From Spirogloea muscicola (taxonomy: Eukaryota): a DNA stretch of 64,000 nt. The stretch spans positions 585,972-649,971 of the forward strand of contig WELB01000028.1 of assembly GCA_009602725.1 (NCBI GenBank). The letters are read 5' to 3'. Made by a program: the position numbers and the translations under genes. The number at the start of each line of letters is the position of its first letter. Position 1 is the first letter of the stretch. The notes under the pieces were generated by a model. The model was given only the letters and a program-made list of their open reading frames with translations. It was not told the origin of the DNA and made no database searches. Shown here piece after piece: positions 25,496 to 37,989 of this stretch.

Positions 25496-27376
25496 CGACC
25501 GCCGCCCGAGGGCGCAACCAGGGCGCCAGGGCTCCCGGCGGCGGCGGCCAAGGCTGCGGCGCCCGCCAAGTCGGCGCCAGAGCTCTTCCAGTCCTTCTCC
25601 GCGTCGCTGTGCGGGCCGGACGCCGGCTCGGTACGCGCCATGGCCAGCTCCCGTCTCCGCGGAGGCGCTCGGCCGCCGCCGTGGCTCGCCTGGCAGCCGC
25701 TAGCTGATGGGCGGTCATGGCGGGACGGTGGCGGTGGTTGCGCAGGCCGACGACGAGACGTGCGACCTGCTCATGGAGTTCCTGCAGCGCGAGCAAGGCC
25801 CCGCGCAGGACGTCGTTCTCCAGTTCCTGCCCCTCATAGTGGAGCAGTACCTCTGCCGCCACGCAGACGGCCGCCCTGCAGCGGCGGCCGGTGAGGAGCT
25901 GCCGCCGCCGCCGCCGCCACCCTCGCCGCCGCCACCCAGTGGTCGCTGCTGCGCGGTCGATGGCCCGTCGCTGGCGAGCGGCAAGCTCGGGCTCCAGACG
26001 ACGCCGCCCCCCGTGCATGCGTAGGCTACGAGAAGCTGCTGGTGGCCGTCCACAACGAGGAGGCAAGATCCCGCCACAGCGAGCTGCCCGAGGCTGGAGG
26101 GCTGCCGCCGTCGCTGCCACCGCCGCCGCCCCGCCTTCCAAGTCCGGTAGTCTCGCCGGTACTCCCTCCATCTTGACCAAGGCCATATAGAAGCTCCTGT
26201 CGCTTTCAAGAAGTAATATTCAGGTTTGGGGTAAACAAGAAGGGCTTTAGTGGGGGTTGAGTTCTTCAAAGCTGGCTTGCTCTAGGCACGGCCGTCTGCA
26301 GAAGGCGGCAACTTTGGCTTTCACTAGCAGGCCTAATAGACGTGGCAGGTGACACCATCTTTGCTGTCTCTGATGACTTTGTGGTGCAAAGTGCAGGCCG
26401 CTTCGTCACTGCCAATGTATGCAATGGCGTGCCCGCTGCGACCTTATGAGCAGAACTCTGTCGTCGGCACAGCCCTCGGGCGCCTCCGGTGCAGCATTGC
26501 GCAGATGCCCATCTTCGTGCTTGTCTCGCTGTGCACTGTTGCTTCAAGGTACGCTGTCGGTGTCACGACCTCTCGGGCAAGCTTGCCATGCTTGAGCAGG
26601 ACAAGGTGGCCATGGGAGCGGGCGCTGCTCCACTGCTCATCAACCGAAGGAACTGTGACTGGCATTGCATCATCAGATAATCCGTCAGTCAACGGCGTTG
26701 TCGTGACAATGGAGGAGCTTTTGCGTATCTCCATCACCTGCAAGCTCTGCATCATGGCCAACTTGAGATAGCCTCCAGGTGGGAACCGGCTTGTGTCATG
26801 ACCCTAGAATGTCTAACTACCAAAGGTTGTGCCATGGCCAGGCTGGCAATCAGGGGCTGCCCGTGGGCCACGCCAGCGCACCTCAATGAGCTGGCCGCTG
26901 CAGCATTGCCCTCGGACCAGATGGTGGACAAGCGGGCTGCCGCAGATCAAGCGGGGCTGCAGAGGGGGCTTGCCATGGCCACTGGCGAGTCCCTCAGCGA
27001 GGCCGGCGCTGTGCTCCAGCAGCCAGCTCACTCGCAAGTGGCAGACCTGGGAAAAGCTAGAGCCGATGAGGTGGAGCCCGCCGGCCCAAGCGCTACCCTT
27101 AGTTTCACAAAAAACGACCAAGCTCTTGCGGAGGACTTGAGCGGCAGAAGGGTGCAGCTGGACATGGTGGTCCTGCGGCCAATCTTGCTGGCCCTGGGCC
27201 ACGCTCTTGTCTCCGTCGGACCAATTGCCACTGGCGCCGGGAGATCTGTCAGAGACGAGGTCGCGCAGGCAGCGGAGGCCATCTTCAGTCGTGCGTCACA
27301 CGATCTAACCGGCGACGTTTTGCTGGCCAGCCGCAGCCTAGTTCGCTTGGCCGCAATGAGCACCACGCCGGGATGA
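25496..27376 (+). CDS. Hyccin/FAM126-like protein (PI4KIIIalpha complex subunit), multi-exon; start in or near the gap
   Basis: DETCDLLMEFLQ…DVVLQFLPLIVEQYL, GYEKLLVAVHNEEAR, VVGTALG…IAQMP, and GRRVQLDMVVLRPILLALGHAL…EVAQAAEAIFSRASHDLTGDVLLASRSLVRL match motifs of the plant hyccin family. Confidence 0.8.
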
Positions 27377-27574
27377 GTAGCGACCCCCCCTTTGACACAG
27401 TTTTGGATGATGTCTTGCCTTTGATAGGCCACATTTCTTGTCAGTTGGTTGCCGTTCCCAGGCCCTTGCTTGGTGAGGTGACTAGCCCCTGCAAGAGTCC
27501 GTCCAGCCGCCTTTAAGATGGAATTGACACTTCTGACCAAAACCATGTCACCAACAAGCTTGGTTCCCCACTAT

Positions 27575-27635
27575 ATTTGTAAGGCTAGAATCGGCCTCCC
27601 TTTCAATTTCATGCAAACCGCGCGCCTTCTCACTA
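27575..27635 (+). mobile_element. Short CRE 3'UTR remnant between convergent genes
   Basis: atttgtaaggctagaatcggcctccctttcaatttcatgc…cgcgccttctc is the reverse complement of 29790-29850 and 41340-41400. Confidence 0.7.
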
Positions 27636-28219
27636 TCTGATAGATGCTCAATGTGTTGCAGCAAGGAGTGAGCAATGTTCCATCGATATTGGCATAAGTA
27701 TCACTTCCCACCATTATGGTGAGGAACTACGTCCAATGATGATTGAGGACTACACTTACCCATCTTGCTCGGCCTGGCCACAAACATGACAAATTTATTG
27801 CTCTTTACGGTCGACTCGCGTGATTGATGAGGTCCATCCTCACAGCGTTCAAGTGCATTGTGGGTTCAGCAAGCAAGCCAGCATGCTTCCACTCAATCGC
27901 CTCAACGAACTATAGTGGTCTTTGCAAGGCGCATGTTCAAGATCAGCGATCACTCGTACCCCACATCTCTCGTTGAAGAAGCACAATGGACCTCCAGTCC
28001 ACTTGCTGTCTCCCTTATGTTCGGGCTAGCCGACATGCTATGTCTTTGATACACTCCATATATCCCCTAACAATAGTAGTGAACATTACGTAGATGTAAG
28101 AGCAGCCTAACCTCCAGAGGAGTAGTAAACATTTGCCCATCTGTGACTGGTTGAAGAAGGCTACGGGCATTTGTTTCGCAGACCGAGGGGTATTGCACAC
28201 TGATTGAGCAGCAGGCCTT

Positions 28220-28294
28220 GACTTTGCAGAACTCAAGCTTTGCCAGTCGGCCTAAAAGGCCAGCTTTCTGACGACGCTGTCATGTGTGCAAGTC
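28220..28294 (-). promoter_or_regulatory. SECIS element (type II) in the SelT 3'UTR
   Basis: Minus strand gacttgca cac ATGAC agcgtcgtcag AAA gct ggcct ttt aggcc ga ctggc aaagct TGAG ttc tgcaaagtc. It shows helix I, the AUGA/GA quartet, an 11-nt helix II, the unpaired AAA and an apical mini-stem. It starts about 135 nt downstream of the stop codon. Confidence 0.85.
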
Positions 28295-28428
28295 TCCAAG
28301 CCTCTATGCCTCAGCAGGCGCTTCAACTGCACCCCCTCGTGCCTCGTCGTAAGTATTCTCCAGAACCAGGACACTGTCCAAGACCAGGAGAATGGGCACC
28401 CCGCTATCATTGAAGTTAATGCCAGCAG

Positions 28429-29139
28429 CTACTCCACAAGGCTCTGGTGCAGGGCGTTGCCCACTCGCATTGTAAGCTCCAGCTCGCTGGGAACCTTGCC
28501 CTCCTGCAGCTTAGAGAACACCTGTCCAGCCACGCAGGAGCACAAAATGGACCCAACTCAGAGATGCTCCTCACTTGAAGCTTCTGCTTCCGCTTCCTCT
28601 GCACTATCGCTCTGGAACAGGACAACAATCTTGTCCAAGTACCTATGCACCATGAGCAGTGCCCAATATGGGAGGTCAACAGACGAAGCTGCTAATTGAA
28701 TAGGCAGCCGGGCAAGGGCGGCAAATGAGCGTGGCATTAGAGCAACCTACCTGCTGGCCATCAAGCGAGACCTCGAAAGCGCCCGTGCTGACGAGCGAGT
28801 TGATGAACATATTCCCACCCAGCCAGAAGCCCGCGGCGTAGCCGAGGCGGTTCCGCATCATGGCCTGGTACCATGCCGGCGGCTGTGCCAGCCCGAGGGT
28901 GCGGAAGGCGTAGTCGCCACCCAGCGAGAGCGCAACGCCGGCGAGCTGGGCGACCTGGACGGCGTTGGCCAGCAGGGCCTTGTGCGGCGGCGGCGGGTAC
29001 TTGGCGAGCGTGACCTCGACGTCGGGGAAGGCGGCCAGCAGCGCCTGGCGGTACTGCATGGCCACGTTCCTGCGCACCGCCGCCGCCACAGGAACTGGAC
29101 AAGCTTCAGCAACCTGAGCAAGTGGTGCGTGAGCTCATT

Positions 29140-29186
<47 letters not shown>

Positions 29187-29522
29187 CACTTGTAGGATCA
29201 CGAGGTGCAGTAGCCGATGTGGACTTGGCGAGCCGCCGGCTCAGCTGCGGCAGAAGCAGCAGCCGTCGTCGCCGTCACCGCCATGTCCGCCTTGGCGGAC
29301 ACTGCGATGGCTTCCGAGTTTGCGTCCTGCTGCGGCGCGCGGGCGAGTCGCGGGGTCAGCGAACAGAAAGCCATGGCGGCGGCGGCCAGCCAGCCGCCGG
29401 CGCCGCCGCCGGCGCTGGCGCACCTGCTCGAGCGCCGCTCCCGCGGTCATGGCGCGCAGGACGTCGCCGGCGCCCGCGAGGGCGACCAGGAGCGCCGCGG
29501 CCAGCAGCGCGCCGCGCGCCAT
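28429..29522 (-). CDS. SELT: Selenoprotein T (SELENOT) with in-frame UGA selenocysteine, 4 exons
   Basis: Signal peptide MARGALLAAALLVALAGAG…; RQVHIGYCTS(TGA 29200-29198)SYK|NVAMQYRQALLAAFPDVEVTLAKYPPP…GNMFINSLVSTGAFEVSLDGQQ|VFSKLQEGKVPS…VE*. The CxxU motif and the STGAFEV…VFSKL Rdx motif are present, with a SECIS downstream. Confidence 0.92.
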
Positions 29523-29589
29523 GGCTGCCCGCGGGGGGGCGGCCCACGAAGCTGCGCACGGGGTCAAGAACTGGTCAAGCTGTGGCGCC

Positions 29590-32315
29590 GATAGAGGAAG
29601 AAGAGGGGCTAGCAAAGCCAGCCCAGAAAAGAATGGCCGCAGGCCTCAAAGGCCACAAAACGGTGCCCGGAAAGACAACTACACACCAACAATGATGCAG
29701 GTGGATGCTCAGTAACCACGAGTGAGCAACAGCAAATCAGGAAACTCGAAGCAGGAAAAGCGGCACTCCGCCGAGACCCTTGAGGCAGAGAGAGAAGGCG
29801 CGCTATGCGCATGAAATTGAAAGGGAGGCCAATCCTAGCCATACAAATGTCCTATTAACTGGGTAATGAGCTGGCTAAGGGGGACACTAATATCCCCGAG
29901 TGAGCACATGCATATCTGACAAGCTATATTGAGGCAGCAGCCATAGCGCGGCCAGCGCGCGTGTGGACCGCGAGAGCCGAAGAAGAGCGAAGGAAGTGCC
30001 GGAACGAGACCGCCAGCCTCATACGAGATACCTGGGCGAGGGAGCCGTCAGCATTGAAGCCCTGCACATCCGGCCGCCGCTTGCCGCTCGACGGCCTGCC
30101 GGGCAAGCCGCTGGGGGAGATCCAATCAGCCACTGCCGAACGCCCCGTGAACGTCAATAGCCAGGGCCGCGAAGACGTCGCATGGAGGGTGGTCAAGCGT
30201 ACTTGCGCTCCTTACGTCTTGGAGGCCGGTTAAACTGTGGCGCTGGAGAGTACCAGCATTATGCCTCCTAACCGTCGGGGCGGATGGTCGCCTCCACACT
30301 CGGCGCGCCGATGTCGTCGCTAGCGCGCTCGGCGGGGGGCCTCGGCTCATTGCCGACGTCGTCACAACTGGCTCCTTCGATTCCAGGAGCGCTACATGCT
30401 CGGCGGAGGAGGCGGGCTACGCAGTCCGCCAGGCGGCAGGCGCCAAGGATCGCAAATACACGGATCACCCGGTGGGCGACGAGTTTGTCCCACTCGCCGT
30501 CGACGTACACAGCGCCTTTGGCGCCAAATGGCTTGACCTGCTTCACCTCCTTGCGCGGCGAGCAGCGGCCCGCCGCCACGGGCAGCAGGGCGAGCAGCCT
30601 GGCTTCCATGTCGCCGGGTCCCTCGCCCAAGTCTTCCGGATGCGCCTGGCCTTCTCTTTGCGGCGGTCCCTAGCTTTCGCGGTCCACTTGTGCGCAGGCC
30701 GCGCTCTGGCAGCGACCTTCGGCTTCCGTCAGGGCGACGTCTTTCCGCCTGCTAGCTTTTCAGATTTGCATCTACTGACTAGAGGTACTGAGAGTTCGCT
30801 TGCTGCTGCTCAGTCCTTAGCACTCTGGCTCCTTCAGACCTTGTCCATTCCTTTGGGCTGGCCTCTCCCAGCCACCAGTTACTCTGGCCGCGCTTGCTTA
30901 CTCCGAGCCGCCAAGGCGACCGCGTGCCCGTTGAGCGTCTCTGACATGGCGGGGTTGGCGGTGTCGACGCAATCTGCAGTCACAACATCTGCTATGATAC
31001 TGTGACGGAAATCACACCGCTAGTCCACAAGCTATATGCCCACAACGGGGGCATTGATTAAGCCCGCAGGCCCACCTATGTATAGGTGGCTGTCGGCTGG
31101 ACTGACGCTGACGTTATGTTATGGTTTGTCCTGACTCTCACGGAGGGGCGTGCCCGCTACAATACAATACGCGGACCTCCCCCGGGCTGGATGGCGACTA
31201 GGTCAGCGCGGCGGGTGTGGAAAAAGCAAGCGCGGCTGTGGAGCTGTCCGTCGGAAGAAGGGCTTGCCCATTGAGGATAGGGGCTGGAAAAAGCCAGCCC
31301 AAAAATGAATGAACAAAGGACGAGAAGGGGCCAGGGGAAGTACGAAGAACAACAAGCACAAAAGCAGAAACGAAGCAGCTACGAAGCACTCAGTAACCCC
31401 TGCTAAGCAGCCTCAGCGGACGAGAGAAGGGCTCGCCCATTGAGGATAGGGGCTGGAAAAAGCCAGCCCAGAAAAGAATGAACAAAGGACGAGAAGGGGC
31501 CAGGGGAAGTACGAAGAACAACAAGCACAGAATAAGAAACGAAGCAGCTACGAAGCACTCAGTAACCCCTGCTAAGCAGCCTCAGGTCAGAGAGACTGGG
31601 TTCCTGGAAGCGGGTCCCCTGGCCAAAGCCAGAGGCAGCAGCGAGGGCTCTGCCTGCACGCAGGTGCAGCGCGCTGGCCATAGACCTCTGCAGCGAGACG
31701 GCCAAGCGCATGCGGTACACCTGCGCTAACGACCCTGCTGCATGGGAGTCCACCGGCTCCCATGGAAGCGGCGGGCAATGGCGTGACGAGAGAGCTGGTT
31801 GAGCAGCTCGAGCCACAGAGCGCCCAGCGCCCCGTGCGTATCGACGAGAAGGGGCCAGGGGAAGAAGCAAGCGCGGCCAGATTAATTGGTGGCTGGGAGA
31901 GGCCAGCCCAACGGAATGGACAAGGTCTGAAGGGGAAGCACTAAGAACAACAAGCACAAGAAGAAACTAAGCAGCTACGAAGCACATTGGGAGAGCCACT
32001 TCTTTCTTTCAACTAAGCAGCTACGAAGCACAACAGAAGCAAGCGCGGCCAGATTAACTGGTGGCTGGGAGAGGCACAACTCAGTAATCCCCGCTAAGCA
32101 GCCTCAGGTCAGAGAGACTTAAGCACAGAAAAGAAACGAAGCAGCTACGAAGCACTCAGTAACCCCTGCTAAGCAGCCTCAGGTCAGAGAGACTGGGTTC
32201 CTGGAAGCGGGTCCCCTGGCCAGAGTCAGAGGCAGCAGCGAGGGCTCTGCCTGCACGCAGGTGCAGCGCGCGGGCCATAGACCTCTGCAGCGAGACGGCC
32301 AAGCGCATGCGGTAA
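29590..32315. mobile_element. Nested cluster of CRE-type 3' fragments (several subfamilies, both strands, local tandem duplications)
   Basis: Repeated RMRLAVSLQRS…RAGRALAAASG…DLxLLTRGY* ends at about 29700, 29890-30190, 30240-30897, 31560-31760 and 32156-32315. 30300-30480 reads WRADVVAS…RLIADVVTT…KDRKY (REL endonuclease). Confidence 0.88.
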
Positions 32316-32389
32316 GGAAGGGAGAATGCCGCTGGCACGGCAGCATTTAATCAATACCTTCTCAACTCAGCCGTGTCGCCCAGCTCGGC

Positions 32390-32975
32390 AGCGAGGCTCG
32401 ACGTCTTGTTACCGTCCACCATCGCCAGGCCACTCCAGGCATCTGCCACGCTCGCCCATGACGGCAGGGTCATCCTGGCAGGAGGAAGCCCCTACACGTT
32501 CCCTGCCCCAGCCAAGTACTCGGGGGCCAAGCAACTGTCTGTGGAGGCCTTCTCGCCGCAGTGCCTCGACTACCAGATGATTGCACCGCCCATCATCTCG
32601 CCGTCCTTGCCTACCTCCCTCGTCTACTCCCAGAACGCCCCCCTCAAGTTCTCGGCGCCGGCTGCGAAGGCCGCCTCTGTGGTGCTGATCGACCCCGGCG
32701 TGAGCACTCACAGCCTCAAAATGGGCCAGCGCATGGTCAAGCTGCAATTCACCAAGTTCGTCACCAATGGCAATGGCACATTCTCGACAACAGTCACCCT
32801 CCCGCCCAACAGCAACATCGCCCCCCCATGATACTACTTGCTCTTTTTTATTGTCACACCTGGCCGTGTCGGCGCAGCCATTGTGCCATCTATAGGTAGG
32901 TGGGTGCAACTAGGTGGGATCCCAGCCTACCCGCCACCCCCGCCTTCGCCTCCCCCCTCACCGCCACCACCAGGC
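32390..32975 (+). pseudogene. Glyoxal/galactose oxidase-like C-terminal fragment with a Pro-rich tail
   Basis: SATLAHDGRVILAGGSP…VEAFSPQCL…STHSLKMGQRMVKL…PPNSNIAPP*YYLLF…PSIGRWVQLG. A TGA replaces the G of PPGYY, and the 5' part is replaced by CRE fragments. Confidence 0.78.
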
Positions 32976-33735
32976 GTCGTTGAGCAATGGTGCTGGCGAT
33001 ACCCACCACTCAATCCACTTCCTTACTTGCTGATAGATCAAGTACTGCTCACAGCTTTTGAGAGCTCTCGAGCTTGTAAATCACAAAATATCACCTCATC
33101 TTGTAGTCTTTCAGAGCACCAAAGGCGACAATGTGCTCAAGCTTTGCAATGTATCACAAGTCCATTGCAAGTAGATATGTTATATTTATGTTGTTAGCTT
33201 GTTAGCAGGCCTTCACCCAAAATCGAAGTCACCGTGCCACATAATCCGGCCCCCTTCCAGTCGAGGGCCCCTCATACTTCCTTTGCAGGAGTTTAGACCC
33301 CTCAGCAAGATGTCCAATTCTTTTTTCTTTGATTCCTCAAGGAGAAATTACGTTGCCATCAACCAGCCGGACAGTCTGTCTCTTGAGTGAAACCATTTCT
33401 CTTTCATTCCAATTGAATGATCAAACTCACATGTCAATGGCGCTTGTTCTCAAGGATTCTGATATTGTGACTGGAGTGAGTAGCCAACAGTATCTAAATA
33501 TATGTTATTGATGCAAATGTCATGCGTACATCACCTGACATTACTTCAAGGTATACAATTATGGTGCTTGCAGTTTGCTCCGTGCTGAAGCACGAGCAGG
33601 TATAGGGGTGCAGGCAGGTTTACAACCTGACGCTGTGGCAAAGTTCCTGTCGGCAATTAGGCATACACATGTGCAGCACATGTGCAAGCATATCAAGGTT
33701 CGTCTTGCGATGCATAGCACCTCGTGATTGAAGGG

Positions 33736-36700
33736 TCAGATGTATGGTGGAGGTGGAGATGGAGGTGGAGGTGAAGGTGGAGGTGGAGATGGAGGTGGAG
33801 GTGGAGGTGGAGGTGGAGGTGGAGGTGAAGGTGGAGGTGGGAATGGAGGTGGAGGTGGAGGTGAAGGTGGAGGTGGAGGTGGAGGTGGACGTGGAGGTGG
33901 CCGTGGAGGTGGAGGTGCACGCGGAGGTGGAGGTGAACGTGGTGGTGGAGGTGGACGTGGTGGTGGAGGTGGACGTGGAGGTGACGGAGGTGAACGTGGA
34001 GGTGGAGGTGGATTTGGAGGTGGAGGTGGACGTGGTGGTGGAGGTGGACGTGGTGGTTGTGGAGGCGGACGAGGATGTGGAGGTGGACGTGGAGGTGGAG
34101 GTGGACGTGGAGGTGGAGGCGGCCGCTGCGGTGGAGGACTGGGGGAGCTGGGAGGGGGGCTTGACGGCGATGGTGGGGAAGGAGGCGGGGAGCTGGGAGG
34201 GGGCGGTGGCGGCCTCGGCGGTGGCGGCAAGGGACTTGGGCTTGTGGGAGGCGGTGGCGTCTGCGCAGGGCAGCCAGGGATGGCACAGCGGTCGTGGCCG
34301 GTGACCTTGTACACGCCGCTTGGGGTCAGCATGTATGGATCGCCGTTGTAGTCCTCACCCCAGCTGTGGATCTCTGGCACCGCGAGCGGACCGCCAGGCG
34401 TATAGTTGAATGGGATAGCAAGCGTGGTGTCAAGGGCAGCGTAGAAGTTGACAAACTGCTTGGCCATGGTGGTCCACCGCGGCTGCCCAGGCGCGCTCGT
34501 GTCGGTCGCAATCCATGCAGCGCCATATTGGTCATTGTAGAAGTACTTGCCATTGTAGCAAGGGACACGCGGCGAGCGATATATGGGGCCACCGATGATT
34601 GCAACGGAGGTCACTTTGACATGCGGGTCCTGGTGCAAGTAAGTCAACTTCGGCCACTGCGGCCAGAAAGGAATGAGAAAGCTTGTGTCAGCAATACTGA
34701 TTCTGCAGAAGTCATGAAAGCGCTTCAGGTCCCTCCAGCTTTGGCAAGACAACTGCATTGATAGGGGAGACGCAAGTCATCGGCAGCAATGGCTTGGTCT
34801 CAAGGGCTCCCACCTTTAGCATTCCAAAGATGTTGGAGGGGTCGGAGAAGCCGCCTGGCGGGGCATGCTTGTCATACTTTTCGACTATTGTGAAATTCAA
34901 CGTTCCTGTGCAACCAAAGTGGCAGCTGCATATTCAGATGGGCACCTTGCCATACATCTGGTCCATAAGAGCTGGCACCAGCAGGTAGCCCATCAATGCG
35001 CAGCAGCAAATGCTGGTGATGCCTTGGTGGAGCTCCTGCCAGGGGCGAAACTTCACACTCACCTTCAAATATACGCCAACCGTAATTTCCTCCAGCCTCC
35101 ATTACATCAATCTCCTCCATGGTGTCCTGCCGTGCAGGAAGTCCAAGCTGGTGAAGGCTCCCAATGCTTGCAGTAGAGGCAACAATCCGTATGAAAGGAA
35201 AGCAAGCAGCTACAGCGACGACAGCAACCAAAAGCGGGATCTGGCTATCACAGCTATACAGTCAGGGCGTGGCTGGCCGCCAGACCTGGCCAACATCAGC
35301 ACAGAGGAAGTCATCATTGTTGTGGTCAAAAGTGCAGCTCCAGGGGTTGCGCAAGCCAAGCGCATAGATTTCGGGGCGAATCCCTGAGACGCCAACGAAT
35401 GGGTTATCTGATGGTATGCCGTATGGACTGCTTGCTGTGTAGTTATCCACGTCAAGCCGCAGAATTTTCCCAAGGAAGGTCGTGCCCCTCTGTGCGAAGT
35501 TGAAGATGTCGCCAGCTCCACCTCCATCACCGGACATGTAGTACATGTAAGGCTGCAGCACAGTGCGCCGGAAGAGCAGGTGGCCGCCATTGTGGTTGCT
35601 GTAGGGCCTGTACACAAAGGCCGTGGGACTCGCCAGCCGAAGTCAATATCCAATGGGCGGGCAGCTGCTGCGAACATGATGCCTCGCCCGCCAAGGAGCT
35701 ACCGTAGCGTTCCCTACCTTGCAAATGTGAGGAGCCTCCGGACTTCGGCATTGATGGCGACTGTCGCTGTACGTGGGCTGTGGCCGGCACTGTACTCAGC
35801 AACAATCGTGTTGGCCTCACACAAGGGCTGCTGCGAGTCACTGACATTGGGCTGCGGGATAGAACACTGATTGACCACATTGCACTCGCACGGCCCCTGG
35901 CAGTCCAGGTGCTTGGTGCCATTGCAGATGTACGACACAAAGAAGCGGCCATTGACAAGGTAGTTCGGGTGCAGTGCAAATCCCAGCAGGCCACGCTCGC
36001 CGTTGGCTAAAGTCCTCAAGTGAATATCAAGAAACTGCACATGTGAAGAGCGTGAAAAGGTCAGACCTTCGCCAACACGTGGCGGCCTCGTCACTGGAGG
36101 CGGCAAGCGCTGGCGCTCGAGCAGCACCGAAAAGCAGCACGCTTGGCATAGGAGTTTGGCTTACAGTCGTCCTGTTGGCAAAGTTCTTGCCGCTGCCTTC
36201 TGGCGGGACCTGCGCAAGGAAAACATATCCGCTGCGCGTGTGCAGGAAGACGCGGTTGGAACCGTCGGGGTGCGGTAACATGCCCAGGTAGTACTGGTCA
36301 TCGACACGGTCGAGACAGATGTCGGGCAGAGGCGGCGCTGAGCCGGTCGGCGGAGGCGGCACGTACGGCGGCGGTGGCGGTGCTGGGGGCAGCGGGCCGT
36401 TGGGATCGTAAGGTGAGTCGGAGAAGCAGCGGTCCTGGTATGGCGACGCACAGAAGTCGAGCCGGAATGCATCTACTGTCGGGTATTGGTCTAGCAGGCA
36501 GAATGCTGCCGCGCTCGGCGGCACGTTGAGCTCGTCCTGCTGCGCCTGCAGGTACTGGAGGTAGAATGGCGAGTACGTGATGTTGAGGCCAGCACACGCA
36601 GCGTACGCGCCGTCACAGCAGCTTCCCAGGCAGAGCAGCGGCAGAGCGCGCGCCGCGCCGACCTCCGAGTCGAACAGGTGCGACGCCCACGGGTCGCATT

Positions 36701-37332
36701 GCTGCATGGACGCATGGCAGGTGGTCAGCGAGCGTAGCGACGGAGCACACTGCCAATCGATCGGCGACCAGGGTGGCCGCTGATCGATAAATCAGCAACT
36801 GGGTATGTGAGGGAGCTGACTGCGCAGGTGGCGAGCTGCAGGAAAGTCCGGCAGGCCGCAATCTGGTCGTCGGAGCCACCCGAGAAGGCCATCTCGGCGA
36901 CCTGCTGCTGCAATTGGACGTCCGCGTGGTAGTCGCAGCACCCCAGGTTGGCATACGCGCCGCCGTAGAGCTGCATGCAGAAGGGGCCCACGGGGGACTG
37001 CGGCACAGGCCCAGCTGCGAGCGCCCCCACCACCAGAGCTCCCATCAGGGCGGCCATGCCAGGCACAACTGTGACGGACGGCCATGCCAGGCACAACTGT
37101 GACGGAGACAGTGTCTCTTCCCGAGACCGAGGCGCTACCCACGAGAGCTGACCACGCGGAGGAGTTGGCTACGGCCGCAAGACCAGCGGTGGTGCTCACA
37201 GAAGTCCTCGCAGATGGGGTGCGCCAGCACAGCTCTGACGAGCACCAGCGCGGCGGTCACGGTGCGCGCCAGCCATCTGCTGCGGCGAGCGGCCGCCGGG
37301 GCGCGGCTGGCGCCGCGCCGCCGAGGAGCCAT
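33736..37332 (-). CDS. HIPL1/HHIP-like protein (glucose/sorbosone dehydrogenase beta-propeller) with a long C-terminal Pro-rich tail, multi-exon
   Basis: Signal peptide …AVLAHPICEDF and a Cys-rich N-domain; ERGLLGFALHPNYLVNGRFFVSY; RPYSNHNGGHLLF; GDGG..GD.FNFAQ…LGKILRLDVD…YGIPSDNPF…PEIYALGLRNPW; ADVGQ|DTMEEIDVMEAGGNYGWRIFEG; SWGEDYNGDPY. Confidence 0.9.
33745..34260 (-). repeat. Coding (CCA/CCT)n repeat encoding PPPPPR / SPPPP extensin-like repeats
   Basis: ggaggtggaggtggacgt arrays on the + strand. Confidence 0.9.
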
Positions 37333-37989
37333 GGCGCCCTCGCGGGGCGTCGAGGGCCAGGCTGCGCGGTCAGCGGCACTCCGGCGTGCTGGCCATGGCC
37401 GGCTCGAGCGGCAGCCGCGGCTCTGGGCCTGCCCTCCGGGCCTCCCAGGGGCTCGGGCCAGCTGCGGCTGTGGCCGGGGGGGCTCGAGCCCGCGCCCTCA
37501 GCTCGCGCGGGCGGCGGCCTGAGGGAGGGCCCCTTCTCGACCAAATCTTCCTGCCGCTTCCCCCCGCCCCGGTTGGCCCGCCAGCCCACATGGCCCACCG
37601 CCGGTGCCGCCGGCTCCGCACATCTGGCGCGCCGCCCCGGCTACCGCGAAGCAGGGCCCGCCTCTCGCGCGCCGCCGTGCCGCACGTGCTCAAAAGACCG
37701 CACGTGCGCGGCGTGCGCTTCGTTCCAAAAAGGCGGCCTGTCGCGATGTGCGCGCGGCCGCTCGATTCGCGGCAGAACGCCGCATCTCGCGGCAGGTCGC
37801 GCATCTTGCGGCGCTTTTGTCGCCGCATGACAAGGCGGGGGCGCACATGCATGCCCCCTCGTGCGGCACATGTTCGCAAAAGCCGCACCATCTCGCGCAG
37901 CCGCCGACTCTAGTACGACGGCGGCCCGTGACCGCCCCCGCCCGCTGGCCCCCCACGACTACCATCGTTTCGGCCTGGCCTGCCCTCCC

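Noticed and set aside
24858..26186. 442-aa minus-strand ORF
   Set aside because: It spans an N gap and GC-rich antisense of the hyccin gene; only the MARRYDSR exon is real.
31250..32180. Regularly recurring repeats suggestive of a CRISPR array
   Set aside because: They are tandemly duplicated retrotransposon 3'UTRs with no unique spacers and no cas genes, in a eukaryotic context.
33693..34351. Poly-Gly, (VE)n and (HL)n ORFs
   Set aside because: These are alternative frames and strands of the Pro-rich coding repeat of the HIPL1-like gene.
37050..37106. Tandem duplication of ggccatgccaggcacaactgtgacgga
   Set aside because: It is a simple intronic duplication with no further signal.
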